From Cyanophora paradoxa CCMP329 (taxonomy: Eukaryota; Plantae; Glaucophyta), in assembly GCA_004431415.1 (NCBI GenBank), contig QPMI01000603.1:1-64000 (forward strand): a stretch of 64,000 bases of DNA, given 5' to 3'. Below, piece by piece: positions 1 to 12,988 of this stretch. The notes beneath the pieces are model-generated. The model saw only the letters and a program-made list of their open reading frames with translations. It searched no databases and had not been told where the DNA came from. How positions within the stretch are numbered: position 1 is the stretch's first letter; every line of letters starts with the position of its first letter. Position numbers and translations under genes: made by a program.

Positions 1-107
1 CGATTGATCGCATCTGCGCGGGCAGCAGACTCCAGGCTTCGATGCCCGCGGTTTTAGCGTGATAGCAACGCCAGAACAGCGGCTCGGCGCGGGGGTGCGG
101 GGGACCA

Positions 108-3100
108 TGTCACCCAGCACGAGTTCCGCAGCGACGAGACGCGGCATCGAGGGCCTCGCTCGCCGCATCGCCGCCGGATATGATCATCAAGTTCGCTTCG
201 TGGGGAAGGTGCACTCGCTTCGCAGGGAGATCATCCAACGTTGCTCTGTCTCACGACCGCGCACGTGCAGATCCAGCCACACGGCGAGTCACGCCGCGAT
301 CCGCCCTCCGGCCGCCCGCGTGACGCGCTTGCGCAGGAATCTTCCTCGCCCTCGAGCGGGGGACGCTGCGGGTGGCGTACATCAGCGCCAACGGGGGCCG
401 CCTGGCGGGCGGGGCGGGCGGCGAGCTGGAGGCGGCGGGGCTGCTGGGGAAGCCGGCGCGGGCGCTGCTGGCGGAGGCCTCGTGGCCCCTCGTGGAGGAG
501 GCCCTCGCCCTGCCCCCCGACGAGCTCCGCCTGGCGCGCCCGCCCCGCGCCGCTCGGCTCCCTGCCCCTCCCCACCGCGCGGCGCCCCGCAGCTGACCGG
601 CGCGCCGCGCCCCGCAGGCGGCGCCGCTGCGGCTGCAAGCGGCGGATGGGAGCTGGTGGCACGCGACGGTGCGTGCGCAGCCGGCGCCGGGGCGAGCGGG
701 CGGGGGCGAGCGGGCGGGGGCGCGCGGGGGCAGATGTTCGCGCCGCGGGAGGGCCTGGTGGCGCTGGAGCTCGAGGAGGCGGGGGCGGGCGAGCCGGGGC
801 GGCTCTACGCCGTCATGCGGGAGATCCACGCGGCGACGGAGGCCTTCGCGGCGGCGCGCAGCGAGGAGGAGCTCTGCCGGCGCGCTCCCGAGCTGCTCCT
901 CCGCATCGCCCCGGGCCCCTTCCACCGCTGCATCCTCCTCGACTTCGACCCCGTGCGCCGCCCCCGCGCCCCGCAGCGAGCCGGCGCCGCCCGCCTCACG
1001 CTGTGCCGCCAGGACGGGAACGGGCGGATGCGGGCGGAGGCGGTGTCGGCGCCCGAGCACGCGCGCTTCGCGGACCTGCGCTTCCCCGCCTCGGACATCC
1101 CCGCCGTCGGCCGCGCCCTCTTCCGCCTCACCCGCGTCCGCATGATCAAGGACGTCCAAGCAGGTCCCCGCCGCCCCCACCCCCGCCCCCGCCGCCACCC
1201 GCCGCCCGCCCCGCGCCCCGCCCGACGCCCCGCCGCAGAGCAGAGCGCGATCCTGGGCCTGGACGAGCTGGGCGGGGAGGCGCTGGACCTCTCCGCGTCG
1301 CTGCTGCGGGCCCCGACGGCCTGCTGCAGCGAGTACCACAGCAACGTCGGCATCTACGGCTTCTGCCTGTGGCCCATCGAGGCGGCGGGGCCCGACGGCG
1401 AGCCCTACCTCTGGGGCCTCCTCAACCTCCACGCCTGCCGCCCCGGAGGCCAGCTCCTCGGTCCGCCCCCGCCCGCCCCGCCCCGTCGGTCTGGATGCGC
1501 GGCCGACGCGGGGGTCCCGGGCAGAGCTGGAGGTGCGGCACGCGCTGCTGCTGCTCGTGCAGGCCTTCCAGACGTCGCTGGCGCGCATCCACTCGGATGA
1601 GGCCCGCGCCACCGCCCGCGCCGCCAAGGCCGCCCTCACCGCCGTCCGCCCCCGCCCCGCCCGCGCCGCGCCCACGGGCCGACGCCGATGTCGCGGGGCG
1701 CCTGCACAGATGCTGGCGTCGGCGCGGGAGGAGGCCGGCGGGGCGGACGCCGGCGGCTTCCTGCGGGACGCCCTCCCCCGCCTCGCCACCCTCGTCCCCT
1801 CCCACGGCGGTCCGCCCCGCCCCGCCCCGCCCACCTCTCTTTCTGGCCGCTTACCCCGCGGGGGGCGGCAGCGTGCGCGGTCGTGGGCGGTGCGGTGCAC
1901 GCGTGGGGCCACGTGCCGAGCGAACGCGTGGTGCGCGCGGTGGCGGCCCGCGCGGCGGCGGCGCTGCTGCGGGGCCCCGGGGCGGACAGCGCCGCGGCGC
2001 CGGCGAGCCTGCAGACGGAGAGCCTGCGGGATTTGCTGTGGGAGGGCGAGGGGGGCCCGCCGGCCGGGGCGGAGGCGGCGGCGCTGGAGGCGGACCTGGC
2101 GGCGTGGGGCGGGGCGCTCCTCGTGCCGACCTCGCCCTCGGGGGACCTCCTCGCGTGGTTCCGCGAGGCGGAGGCGCAGAGCGTGACGTGGGCGGGGGCG
2201 CTCGAGGCCCGGAGCGCGCCCCTGGGGCAGCTCGCGCCCCTCACCCCCTGCAACTCCTTCAGCAGCTGGACCCAGATCCTCCGCGACCGCTGCCGCGCCT
2301 GGGAGGCCCGCCCCGCCCCACCCCGCCCGCCCCGCCCCGCCCCGCTGAGGCGGGGGCAGCGGGGGGCGGTGATGGCGGGGGAGAGCGCGGGGGCGGCGGT
2401 GGGCGAGCTGCTGCAGGTGGCGGAGCGGCTGCGGTCGCGGCGCGAGATCGACTCGCTGAACGAGCGGCTGCGCGGCTCGAACGCCGGCCTCGAGCGCGCG
2501 GCGGCCGAGCTGCGCACCCTCGTCGCCAACGCCCCCATCCCCGTCTTCGCCGTCGACCCCGAGCTCCGCGTCGCCGAGTGGAACCCCGCCTGCGAGCAGG
2601 TCCGGATCCGTCCCTCCAGGCGGCGCTCTCCGTGCCGGCGCCCGCCCGCCCGCCTCCGTGACACGCGCGCTCGTCCGCTCGCGGCAGGTCTTCGGCGTGC
2701 CGCGGGCCTCCATCCTCGCGCGGCCCTTCCTGGAGGCGCTGGTGCCGGGCCCGTACCGGGCGGCGGTGGGGGAGGCGGTGCGGCGGGCGATGGAGCAGCA
2801 GGCGACGCAGGAGTTCGAGGTCGCCCTGCTCCGCGGCGACGCCCCGCGCCCCGAGGCGGCCCCCGCCCCCGTGCCCCTCGCCATCTCCACCCCGGGGCCC
2901 GAGACCTTCTACTCGGTGCCCGTGCCCGCCCACCTCCTCACCCCGCCCTGCCCCGCCCCCTCCGCCTCCTCCCCGCGCGCCCCCGTCCCTCTCCGCCACT
3001 CCGCCGCCGCCGCCGCCGCCGCCGCCACGTCCCGCGCCTCCTCGGCCCACGCCTCCCCCTTCCTCCGGCCCCTGCCTCCGGGGCCGCCCGACGCCGCCGG

Positions 3101-6100
3101 CGCCGCCGCCGGCGAGACGCAGCTGCAGGAGGCGCCGAGCCCCGGGGCTCCGTCGCCGTCGCCGTCGGCGTCGCGGGGCGGGGGCACGCCGGCGCCGGCG
3201 GGGGAGCAGATGATGGAGGTCTTCGTGCGCGCCGCCGCCCGCGTCGACGCCGCCGGCCGCGTCACCGGCGCCGTCCTCGTGTCCGCCCCCGCCCGCCCGC
3301 CGGCCCCCTCCAGCCGCTGCCCTGCGCGCGTCTGACGGGGCGGGGCGGGGCGGGGCGCAGGTGCCAGGACCTGACGGCGCAGCGGGAGGTGACGCGGGTG
3401 CAGACGCGCCTCGCGGAGGCGGCCGCCGCCAACACCGCCAAGACCTTCTTCCTCGCCGCCCTCTCCCACGAGAGTCCGCCCGCCCCCGCCCCCGCCCGCG
3501 CCGCGCCGCCGGCCGAAGCTCACGGGGCCGCCGAGCAGTGCGGACGCCGCTGAACGGGCTGCTGGGGATGCTGCAGCTGGCGATGGAGGCGGGGCGGGCG
3601 GGGGGCGAGGCGGAGCGGGAGGAGTGCATCGCCAAGGCCATGTCCTCCGGCGAGTACCTCGCCGCCCTCATCGGCAACGGTCCGCCCCAGCCGCCCCCCG
3701 AGCGCCCCCCCTCCCCCGCCCCCTCACGCGCCCCCCGCAGTCCTGGACCTGTCGCTGATCGAAGCGGGCAAGCTGGTGCTCAAAGCGGAGCCCTTCTCGC
3801 TGCCCGCCCTCGTCCGCGTGCGCCCGCCCCGCCCCGCCCGCCCCGCCCCACCCCACCCCGCCCCGCCCCACCCCACCCGGGCCGGGGCCGACGGGGCGGG
3901 CGGTGCGGGGGCAGTCTGCGATCGCGCTGCTGGCGTCGAAGGCGGCGGAGAAGCGCCTCTCGGTCGCCGTCGCCCTCGCCGACGGCCTCCCCGCCTCCTT
4001 CCTCGGCGACCCCGACCGCGTCCGCCCGCCCCGCTCTGCCCTGCCCGCCCCGCCCCACACGCGCCTCACCGCCCCGCCCCGCCCCGCCCCGCAGCTCAAG
4101 CAGGTCCTCGTGAACCTCGTCTCCAACGGCGCGCCCCGCCCCGCCCGCCGCCCCGCTCCCTCCGCCGCGGGGCCGCTGAGGCGCGGGGCGGGCGGGCGCG
4201 CAGCGATCAAGTACTCGCACCGCGGGGAGATCCTCGTCCGCGTCGCCCCGGGGAGCCCCTCGACGCGCCGGGCCCCGGCCCGGGCGGCGCCGGCCCGGGG
4301 CCGCTGAACCTGCAGCCGCGGGGCGGGCCGGGGGCGGGCCGGGGCGGCGGGAAGCCGGCGGCGCCGCGGGCCCTCTCCGTCCGCTTCGAGGTCGTCGACC
4401 AGGGCGTCGGTCCGGCCCGCCCGCCGCTCCCCCCGCCCCGCGCTGCGACCCACCCCGGCACGTCGGGCCGCGCCGCGCTCACGCGGGGCCCGCTCCGCCC
4501 TGCCCTCGCAGGGGTGCGGGCGGAGGACCAGGAGCGCCTCTTCCAGCTCTTCGTGCGCCTCGGCAGCGGCCCCAGCCAGGAGGACCCCGGCGGCACCGGT
4601 GCCCCGCCCCACCCCGCCCCGCCCCGCCCGCTCCCGCGCAGCGCGCGCGCACACACACGCACTCACGCCCCGCCGCCCGCCGCCAGGCCTCGGGCTCGTC
4701 ATCTGCAAGGTGCGGGGGGGCGGGGCACGGGCCCGGCCCGACGCCTGCCCGCCGCTGGCTGAGGGGGCGGGGCGCAGAACCTGGTGGAGGTGATGGGCGG
4801 CCGCATCGGGGTCGCCTCCCGTGTCGGCGCCGGCTCCACCTTCTGGTCCGCCCTTCCCTTTCCTTCTGCCCACGCCCCGGTTTCGATGGCTCCGCACGTG
4901 CTCGCTGCAGGTTCACGGTGCAGCTCGAGCTGGGCCCCGCCTCCCGGAGGCCAGGCCGGAGGACGCCCCCGCCGCCGCGTTGGCGCGTGCGGGGCCGGCG
5001 GGGCGGGAGGCGGGGGCGGGGGCGGGGGCGGCGGAGGAGGCCGGCCCGGCGCGCGTCCTGATCGTCGAGGTGCGCGGCGCGGCGCGGCGGGCCGAATCGC
5101 GCTCGGCGGCTGGCTGCCTGTGTGCGGGCTGACGCGGGCGCTGCCGCGCGCGGGGCGGCGCAGGACAACGCGTTCAACCTGGAGGTCTGCCGGAAGATGC
5201 TCACCCGCGCCGGCCACGCCGTCGAGGCCGTGCGCGCCCTTAAGCTTCCTTCCGCCCCGCCCCGACCCGCCCCGCCCCCCCGCCCCTCCTCACCGGCCCG
5301 CAGGTGCTGAACGGGCTCCAGGCCGTGCGCCTCTACAGGGAGCGCCTCGGGCTGCCCCCGCCCTCCCCGCCCCTCTCCGGCGCCGACGGGCCCGCCCCCC
5401 CGCCGGCCCCGGCCCGGCCCCGGCCCCCGCGGGGGAGCGCCGGCCCTCCTTCGACGTCGTGCGCGGCGCCCCGCGCAGCGCGAGCGGCCCGACCCCTCTG
5501 ACCCCCCGCCCCAGATCCTCATGGACTGCGAGGTCCTGCCCCCCCCCCCCCCCCCCCCCCCACCTTTCCCCCCCCCCCCCCCCCCCCCCACCCCACCCCC
5601 GCCCCACACACACACACACACCCCGGCGCGCTTTCCCCCTCCCGCCCGCGCTCGGCTGACCGGGCGCCTCGCCGCCGGCTTTCTCTCACCAGATGCCGGT
5701 CATGGTGCGCGGCCCCGGTCCGGGGCGAGGCCGGTGTTGTCGCGGGGGCCTGACGGGGCAGCGGGGCCCGGCGGCAGGACGGACTGACTGCGACGCGGGA
5801 GATCCGCCGCGCGGAGGCGGAGGCGGAGGCGTCGTCTGCCAATGGCGGGGCCGGGGCGGGGCGTGTGCGGACGCCAGTGGTGGCGCTGACGGCGCACGCG
5901 CTGCTGGAGACACGGGCGAGCTGTCTGGAGGCGGGAATGGACTGCTACATGACCAAGCCCCTCAACCGCGCCGCTCTCCTCGACGCCGTCGCCCGCTTCA
6001 CCGCCCGCCGCCGGTGCCTGCACCCTCCGCCCTCGCGCCTCGACCCCGCCGCGGCGGCTCAGCGGCGGCATGCAGGCGCGGCGAGGCGATCGAGCCGGAG

Positions 6101-6659
6101 GGCTTCGGGCAGGGCCCCGCCGACCTCCACTCCCTCCGCGCCCTCGACGGCCCGCCCCGCCCCCGCCCCCGCCGCCCTCCGCCCCGCCCTGCCGCCACGG
6201 CTGAGGCGGGGGCGCAGCCGGCCCGGCGCTGATCGGCCCGCGCGTGGAGGTGGCCGAGGCGGCGCAGCGGGCCCCGGGCGCCGCCACGCCCCTCGTCCTC
6301 TCCCCGCCCCTCGCCGGCCGCCCCGGGCCCTCCTCTACATCTCCCGCGTCCGCCCCGCCCCGCCCCGGCCTCCGCATCCGACCGCCGCCGCCGCTGACGC
6401 CGGCGCCGCCGCAGGTGCGGGCCGGCGGGGCACGGGGCGGCGCGGGGCCCCTTCTCGGTCCTCGCCGCCGCCTCGGCGCGCAACAGCGGCCCCGCGGGGC
6501 CGCCGCCGTACGCGCTGCCCCCGCGGAGCTCGGCCCCGGCGCCGGGCCCCGACGCAACTCCTCCGGCGGGGCCGCCCACAGCGCCGGCGAAGAGGCACCG
6601 CGCCGGCCCCCGCGGTGCGGCCGCCTGCCCGCCGCCGCTGCGCTCCGCCCGCGCCGTGA
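108..6659 (+). CDS. Intron-rich phytochrome / hybrid sensor histidine kinase (PAS-GAF-PHY-PAS-HisKA-HATPase_c-REC); gene ends approximate
   Basis: Motifs are spread over frames and separated by short GC-rich GT/GC-AG introns. PAS: IQPHG-IFLALE..VAYISAN (~281-392). GAF: RFPASDIP (~1080), LDLSASLLRAPTACCSEY (~1283-1336), LWGLLNLH. PHY: WFRE..VTWAG..TPCNSF..W (~2156-2310). PAS: APIPVFAVDPELRVAEWN. HisKA after splicing: FFLAALSHE-MRTPLNG. HATPase: LKQVLVNLVSN-AIKY, VVDQGVG, GTG-LGLVICK, MGGRIGVAS. REC: VLIVE-DN, LMDCE-MP, VVALTA..AGMDCYMTKP. Confidence 0.9.
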
Positions 6660-7555
6660 CGCCGCGCCGGCAGGGGGAGCCCGGGCCCGGCCCGAAGCGG
6701 CAGCGCACGGACGCCTGACCATCGCACCGGCGGCCGGCGCGCCTCCGCGGCTTCGAATTCGCCCTCGCGTCTTCGCGTGCACTTGCGCCTCCGAGGGCCC
6801 GCCGCGGGCCGCGACTGTGCACACCGAGTGCACGCACTTGGTGCCGTCACACTCTCTCACCGCGGCGGACGCCCTCGCGCCCCTTTTGTCCCTTCAAGCC
6901 TTTTCGCACCTTTTTCTTAGTCAGCTTTGCGATCGATTCTTATCGTTTCCCGAGGACTCTTCCCTCTGCTCGCGGAGTCCTCGAGTTTTACCGAATGTTC
7001 TGCTTCGCAGCAAACTTATTCTCTAGATCTTCCCTCGTGTCTTGATTTTTACCACCCTCTCTACGATATTCTGCCAATTGCAAGCCTACGGTCAAATGCA
7101 ATGTACTTCGTACGAATTCTCTTTGCATCTCGTATCCGGATCCAGTTATTCACATACAGCTTTTTGAATTTCGTGCAGAGTGTCTTGCATTCTTGATGCT
7201 GGATGTTACGTGGCTGTCAAACCGTGTACTTTCGTCAAATATTTCGGCCATATTGTTTTTGTGAATCATATTTCGGCCATAGCTAGATATAGGTGCTGAG
7301 GATCGATCCTCTTATATTATGCTATCTACGATCTATGCGGATGCCATGATGATAGGAGCAATGAAAAATATTTGTATATCACTCGTCATGTATTAATATT
7401 TGATCGCTCTTCTGTAGTTCTTCTTTTGCAGCGGCGTTTTTGAGTGTAAGAGTGTAATCATGGACTCAGGATTGCTGCATGGATCATCGGATTGCGGATG
7501 CCTGAATTCAGCACGGTCGGGAATCCCAATTTACGTACGCCAACTCGTCCGACCC

Positions 7556-7681
7556 CCCGCCCCCCCCGCCCTCCAGCGCCCCGCCGCGCCCCCGCCCTCC
7601 AGCGCCCCGCCGCGCCCCCGCCCTCCAGCGCCCACCCACCCGCGCCTTCCAGCGCCCCGCCTCCGCGCCCCGCCTCCGCCA
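7556..7681. repeat. Short GC-rich tandem repeat (CGCCCTCCAGCGCCCC unit, ~4 degenerate copies)
   Basis: The motif recurs at ~27-bp spacing. Confidence 0.6.
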
Positions 7682-9068
7682 GAGTAGTATGTATATATAG
7701 CCATTCACGGATCCGATCTCGGACTGCTGGATCAACTTCAATTTGAAACTGATCAGGAGTTCTTGGAAATTCGACCGTCGGACCTGGAATATTAATGAAT
7801 GGAAATGAATTCGAATCGAACAACCAGGCATGCGCGTGCTTATGGATTATCGATTTGAAGACCTGCAGAAGAGCTGTGGCGGCGCGGGCCGGGCTGCAGG
7901 GGTTTCGTCTGTCCGGTTCGGCTCGATCACACTAGGGGGAGCGATTGGCAAGAGACCGAAGCATTTAACACGAGCTAGTACGCCTCTTAATTGTTTTTAT
8001 AATGCATACTGGCATATCTGATGCTCAGTCTCTCGCGGACGCGGTACAAAATTTCCTAGATGTATGGTGATACAAAGACGACGAGGGAAAGCCGACTTTG
8101 CGGCGAGTTAGCCGAGCTAGCAGTGCGCCCGGCCGGCGTCGTATTTCCCCGGGGGGAGCGGGGGGGGCCTGGGCGGGCCTTGAGCTGGCTCGAGCAGTCG
8201 AGGGCTGAAGAGGGGGCCGGGGCCCGGCGGGGCGCAGCGACCTCCGAGGCTGATTTTTTTTCTGCAAACTTGAAAAGTGGACGTCGCATTGATACACGTG
8301 CACCACGGCACATGTATCAATGTTCTACGTGACGTGCCCTTCCGACCGATCAACTATCTAGCCGAGGATGCTAGCTAGGTGCCGGCCATGTGTCGCTCAA
8401 TATGGGAGGTTCGCCTGAGTGGGGGAGCCGTGGTTTTCGGTGATAGCCGTAACCAGACCCGCGCACCCACCCCTTGATCAACTCCTCCATCCCTCATGAG
8501 CCCTGGAAGTGAGATGTCGATGTCTCGCAGTTCGCCGCCCTCCCTTGCCACCGCTCCTCCACCCCTTCTACTGCGCACTCCGCCTCCTTCTTCCTCCTCA
8601 CCTGCGCCCCAGGACCCCGATTAATCGGTGTCCCGTTTTGTCGAGGTGTCAAGGTTTTTTTGTCAGCGACCTCCGAGGCTGAGGCCAACTTTCGCGCGGC
8701 GAGGTTCTGACGGGAGACCAAAAATGGTTTTCATATATATCGGCTGATCTAGAATTTCTCGCGCCAGTCCCTCGCTGTGCTCCGCTTTAATTTCGGCTGA
8801 ACTTATATGGCGAATTCGCAGTTGTCGCTGCGCATGTAGCTGCCAGCTGCACTGCGGCAGGCCAAGGGCGATAGCCTAGTAGCTACTAGGCTATAGGACA
8901 ACCCCCTAGGCCTGTCGTTATAGCTGGCCCATGTCCCCCACGCGCGGGTTCGCATGTGATTTCTCAGGAATGAAATTAAATCGACACGCGCAATCCAAAC
9001 GGCGGGGCGCGCATGCGCATGTACAGGGCGGTGTGTGGGTCCCGGTGTGGCCAGACGCGGCGAGGGGC

Positions 9069-9815
9069 TCAGAACGCGGCGTCGAGGCCGTCGGCTTCAC
9101 CGGCGAGGGCGGCGGCGTCGGCGGCGAGGTCCGCCTCGAGGAGGTCCAGCTCGTAGTCCGCCTGCATCTCGTAGGCCGCGGAGGAGTCGTCCCCGGACAC
9201 GAGCTCGCCCAAAGCCGGCGCCAGCAAGTTGAGCGCGCCGATGGCGCTCTGCTCGAAGCGCGCGTGCATGCGCGCGCGTCAAGGCGACGTCGACGAGATC
9301 GAGAGGCTGGGAAGGCTGGGAAGGAGACGCGGACCGAGACCTCGCTGTGGACCGCCGCCTGCTCGTCGGCGGAGAGGGCGCCGAAGGCCGCGAAGAGCGA
9401 CTCGGACACCTCGTCGATCTGCGCGCGCGCCGCGCAGGAATTCTTAGCTACATAGCACGTGGGTTTTGATGGTCGAAACGGAAGTGTTTAATTTTAAAAC
9501 GATATCTCTTTGATGGCGACACGCACGGTGGACTCGTCAACCTGATCGGGGAGACCAATGGACCCCACCAACTGTGCGTGCGCGAAGGCAGCAGGCAAAA
9601 GACGCCCACGCATCACAATCAGTCAAGCGCAGGTGTACGGGGCAATTGGAGGTTGAGGGGTTCGACGGCGCCGGCGTCGCGCGCGCGCGCACCGTAACGA
9701 GGTGCGGATACGTCTGCGCGAGGGACTCGTGGTTCTCCTGCACGTACTGGACCACGGCGCGCTGCTGCTCGGGAGTCCCGAGGAGGGCTTGGAGCTGACC
9801 AAGGCTGCCCGACAT
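9069..9815 (-). CDS. Putative small spliced host gene, acidic/alanine-rich, unknown function
   Basis: Three protein-like segments (MSGSLGQLQALLG..., IDEVSESLFAAFGALS..., HARFEQSAIG...DGLDAAF*) with host-like GC3 and plausible GT..CAG boundaries between them. No family recognised. Confidence 0.4.
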
Positions 9816-11603
9816 GCTTCCTGCTATCGCTGGTTTCTGTCAAAGTGTTGACCGTTTTGATCTGACGATCGGCGGCTACGTAAACTAGGCTATATATATA
9901 GCTATATAGCTAGCGCTGCAGCGCAGCCGCAACCGCAATAGATTCGCGTCGTCTCGAGCTCGCGATCGCAGCGCTACGTATACTACGCTAGCGCAAATTT
10001 GAATAATAAAGCTGCACAATGCAATTGCAAACGCCGCGGTGCAACAACAGCAATAATAATATACGTTGACTCGGATCATGATGCCCGGCCTTGACGTTAA
10101 CATGCAATCCGATGATCGAAGGGCGAGCCAGCTCGAGCTCGAGCCAGCTCGCTCCAGCCTCGAGCCCGCTCGAGCTCGAGCCGGCTCGAGCCAGCCTACG
10201 GGGGGGTACCCCATGGCCGGTCCTTGGCCTCTAGCTAGCTAGCTCGTGCGGATACATGCAGAATGTATATGTTACAGAATAGAGCTCAGCGGCTCGAGGC
10301 AGGCTGCAGGAATTATGTGGCACAATTTAAGTTGTGCCACAGTACTAGTGGTGGCCGGACGGTTGGTCTAGATCTAGTTCTTGCAATTGATGGTATACGT
10401 ATATACGTATCTCTAGCAGAGTCTAGCTCGAAAGAGCTCTTTTTCGTGTCTGTCGTCTTCGAATTCTGTCGACGTCCTGAGATCCGCTCTGTCTGGTTCA
10501 CTTATCATATCGGATCTGCTCGAGCTCGGTCTGGTTCGCTTCTCGTCTCTTTTCGATCTGCCTCTAGATCTGTGCCTTTCCTCTTTTATTGTCGATTTTG
10601 GCTTTTGGTTTTGTCTTGTTTCGTGCTTTATAATTTTGTCTTAGTTATTTTGCTTCTTTTGTCTCTGTGTCCCCTGGGGAGCCCCCGGCCCACAGTGCTG
10701 GCCATGGTGTCTAGAGACTGTGGCCCGGCGGCCGGGCGCGGTAATTCACCAAAAACAAAACTCTAGATCTAGCTATATATAGCTACTAGTACTGTAAACG
10801 TACGAATATATATATCCGCCAGCGTTTAATTTCGACTATATTCGCCAGACCCTAGGCCTTGCGTTGTCGAATATTTGACGCTGGCGAACTGAGCCTTCGC
10901 ACAGAAAAAGGGGTACGAGCGATTGCCCCGTCTATGGCGAAGGTCGCGGCGTGGCCCGCGTGGGCCGCGTGGCGAAATCAAGATGCTGGCGGACTAATTT
11001 TCGAAAGGATTTTCGGGTTTTGTCGAATTAAAGTGCTGGCGGATATTAGTACGTGTACAGTAGTTCCTTCGTAAATTCTCGGGAATGGGCTTAAGCTTGG
11101 AGCCTTGGACAGCCTTGGAGCCTTGGACGTTTTCTTTTCAGGCGCCGGAACTTCGGAACTTGCCGCGCCCGGATCGGAAGGCCCGGATGATGGGCCGGAT
11201 CGGGCCGAACCGGCCGCGGCCGGAACGGCGGCCCCCTCAGGGCCTCGGCCGGGGGGGGGGGGGGGGGGCCGGGGGCGGCCGCCGGCCGGCGGCCGGCCGG
11301 CGACCGGGTTCCGGGGGGTTCGAATCATTTTTCAAGCGCCGGATGCCGATATGTTTGGCGCGGCCTTCATGCCCAGCTGATCATAACTCAAGTGACGCAT
11401 CTGGAGTTCAGACGCCGTGACGCAAAATTTGACAAAAACCATTTTTCAGGCTTCGGATGCCGTTTTTGACGCGGCCTTCAGGAGCGTGATCCACGGTCCA
11501 TCATCCTGGATTCATCCACCGTGCCTCTGCCTCGGCCTCCAACTTGGCAACTTAAATTAGGCTCCAAGTACCGTAGTACAGTACAAAGTTACGCGATTGG
11601 CAA

Positions 11604-11850
11604 AACATCTGACAAAAAAAACAATCCGGCGGCGGACGCCGCCGTCACGCCGGACGGGCGGCGCGTGAAAAATGTTTCGAGCCCCCGCTAGACGAAAACT
11701 CTGACAAAAAAACCATCCGGCGCCGGACGGGCGGCGCCTGAAAAATGTTTCGAGCCCCCGCTAGACGAAAAATCTGAAGAAAAAAAACCATCCGGCGCCG
11801 GACGGCCCGGGGACGGGCGGCGCCTGAAAAATGTTTCGAGCCCCCCGCCT
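11604..11850. repeat. Degenerate host tandem repeat (TGAAAAATGTTTCGAGCCCCC x3, AAAAAACCATCCGGCG x3)
   Basis: Three copies of a ~75-85 bp unit are visible. Confidence 0.6.
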
Positions 11851-12160
11851 GCCAGGCTGAAACAACTGCAGCTGTTTTTCTCGCTTGCCTTTTCTTCCTA
11901 TAGCTACGAGGGCCCGGGGGACCGGCGGGGGTCCGACGGTCGACGAGTCCATATATACACGAGTTGATATACACATATATACACGAGGGCGCCGCCGGCA
12001 GTTGATATATACACGAGTGGGATCGCGCCGAGCTCCAGTGCCTCCTAAGAGCCCTTCTCCATTTTCCTGGGTATTTAAGCAGCGATCAGACCCCGAGGCA
12101 GTCAGTCAGGCAGCTTCTTCAAGTCGCCGAGCCTCGGAGTCGCCGGGTTCGTAGCGCGTC

Positions 12161-12988
12161 ACACATATGAATATTCATATTTTAATCCCTCGGCGTTCCG
12201 CCTCAGGATTAAAATATGAATATTCATATGTGTGATTCGATGTTATATCAATAAAATCGATTAATTTATTTGAATTTTCACATGAATTTTCATATTTTTA
12301 TATGCATTTTCAATTAATTTAATCGATGTTATATCGATAAACTCGATTAATCGATATTGTATCTTAATTGTAGTTAATCGGAATTATATCAATAACTTCG
12401 ATTGATCTTAATTGAATCCTAATTGAATCTAATCGGAATTATATCAATAAATTCGATTAAATCATGTTCTTTTCCGATTAAATCAATTAAATATTTAATT
12501 TTGTTACCATAAGTGGTCTAAGTTGACTCACTTTTCATAAACATTTTGAACTCTTAGTCTCCATGAATTTCTTAAGATGACTCAACTTAGTCAACTTAGT
12601 CAACTTTGTTACCATAATCAATCAGGGTGGACTCACTTTTAGATCAACTTTGAAATCTCAATCAAAATCAACTTATATTTCAAAAGTGGATCTTCTAAGT
12701 GGACTCAAAATGTTCACTTTGTGATACATGTTAGCTCAAATCCTTACTGTTTATGGTCAGGGTTGACTAAGTGGGGGGAGTTGACACATTTTTTGAAATC
12801 CTTTTTAGAAAACTTTAGGTCCCAAATATTTCCTGTGAAATTTGAGTCAACTCAACCCACTTAGTCAACCCTTGCATTGAATTCGTAACAAAATCCATAT
12901 ACTATTACTACTTTTACGATTAATATGAGTCAACCTTGAGTCCACTTAAATATAAATATAATATAATAGGGGAATCAAGGGAGATGCT
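12161..12988 (+). repeat. Left TIR of outer PLV, with a 73-bp terminal hairpin and GTTGACT/AGTCAAC iteron-like motifs
   Basis: Reverse complement of 50190-51018, with roughly a dozen substitutions plus small indels. Hairpin arms are 12161-12188 and 12206-12233. Confidence 0.95.

Noticed and set aside
5539-5622. Long poly-C run and CA repeat as a functional element
   Set aside because: It lies inside an intron of the REC region, and homopolymer length is unreliable.
59-7026. Many long Pro/Arg/Gly/Ala-rich ORFs on both strands
   Set aside because: Shadow ORFs caused by stop-codon scarcity at very high GC; the real product is the spliced phytochrome.
9885-11420. Short ORFs and CTCGAG/CTAG-rich stretches
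   Set aside because: Low-complexity intergenic DNA without coding signatures.
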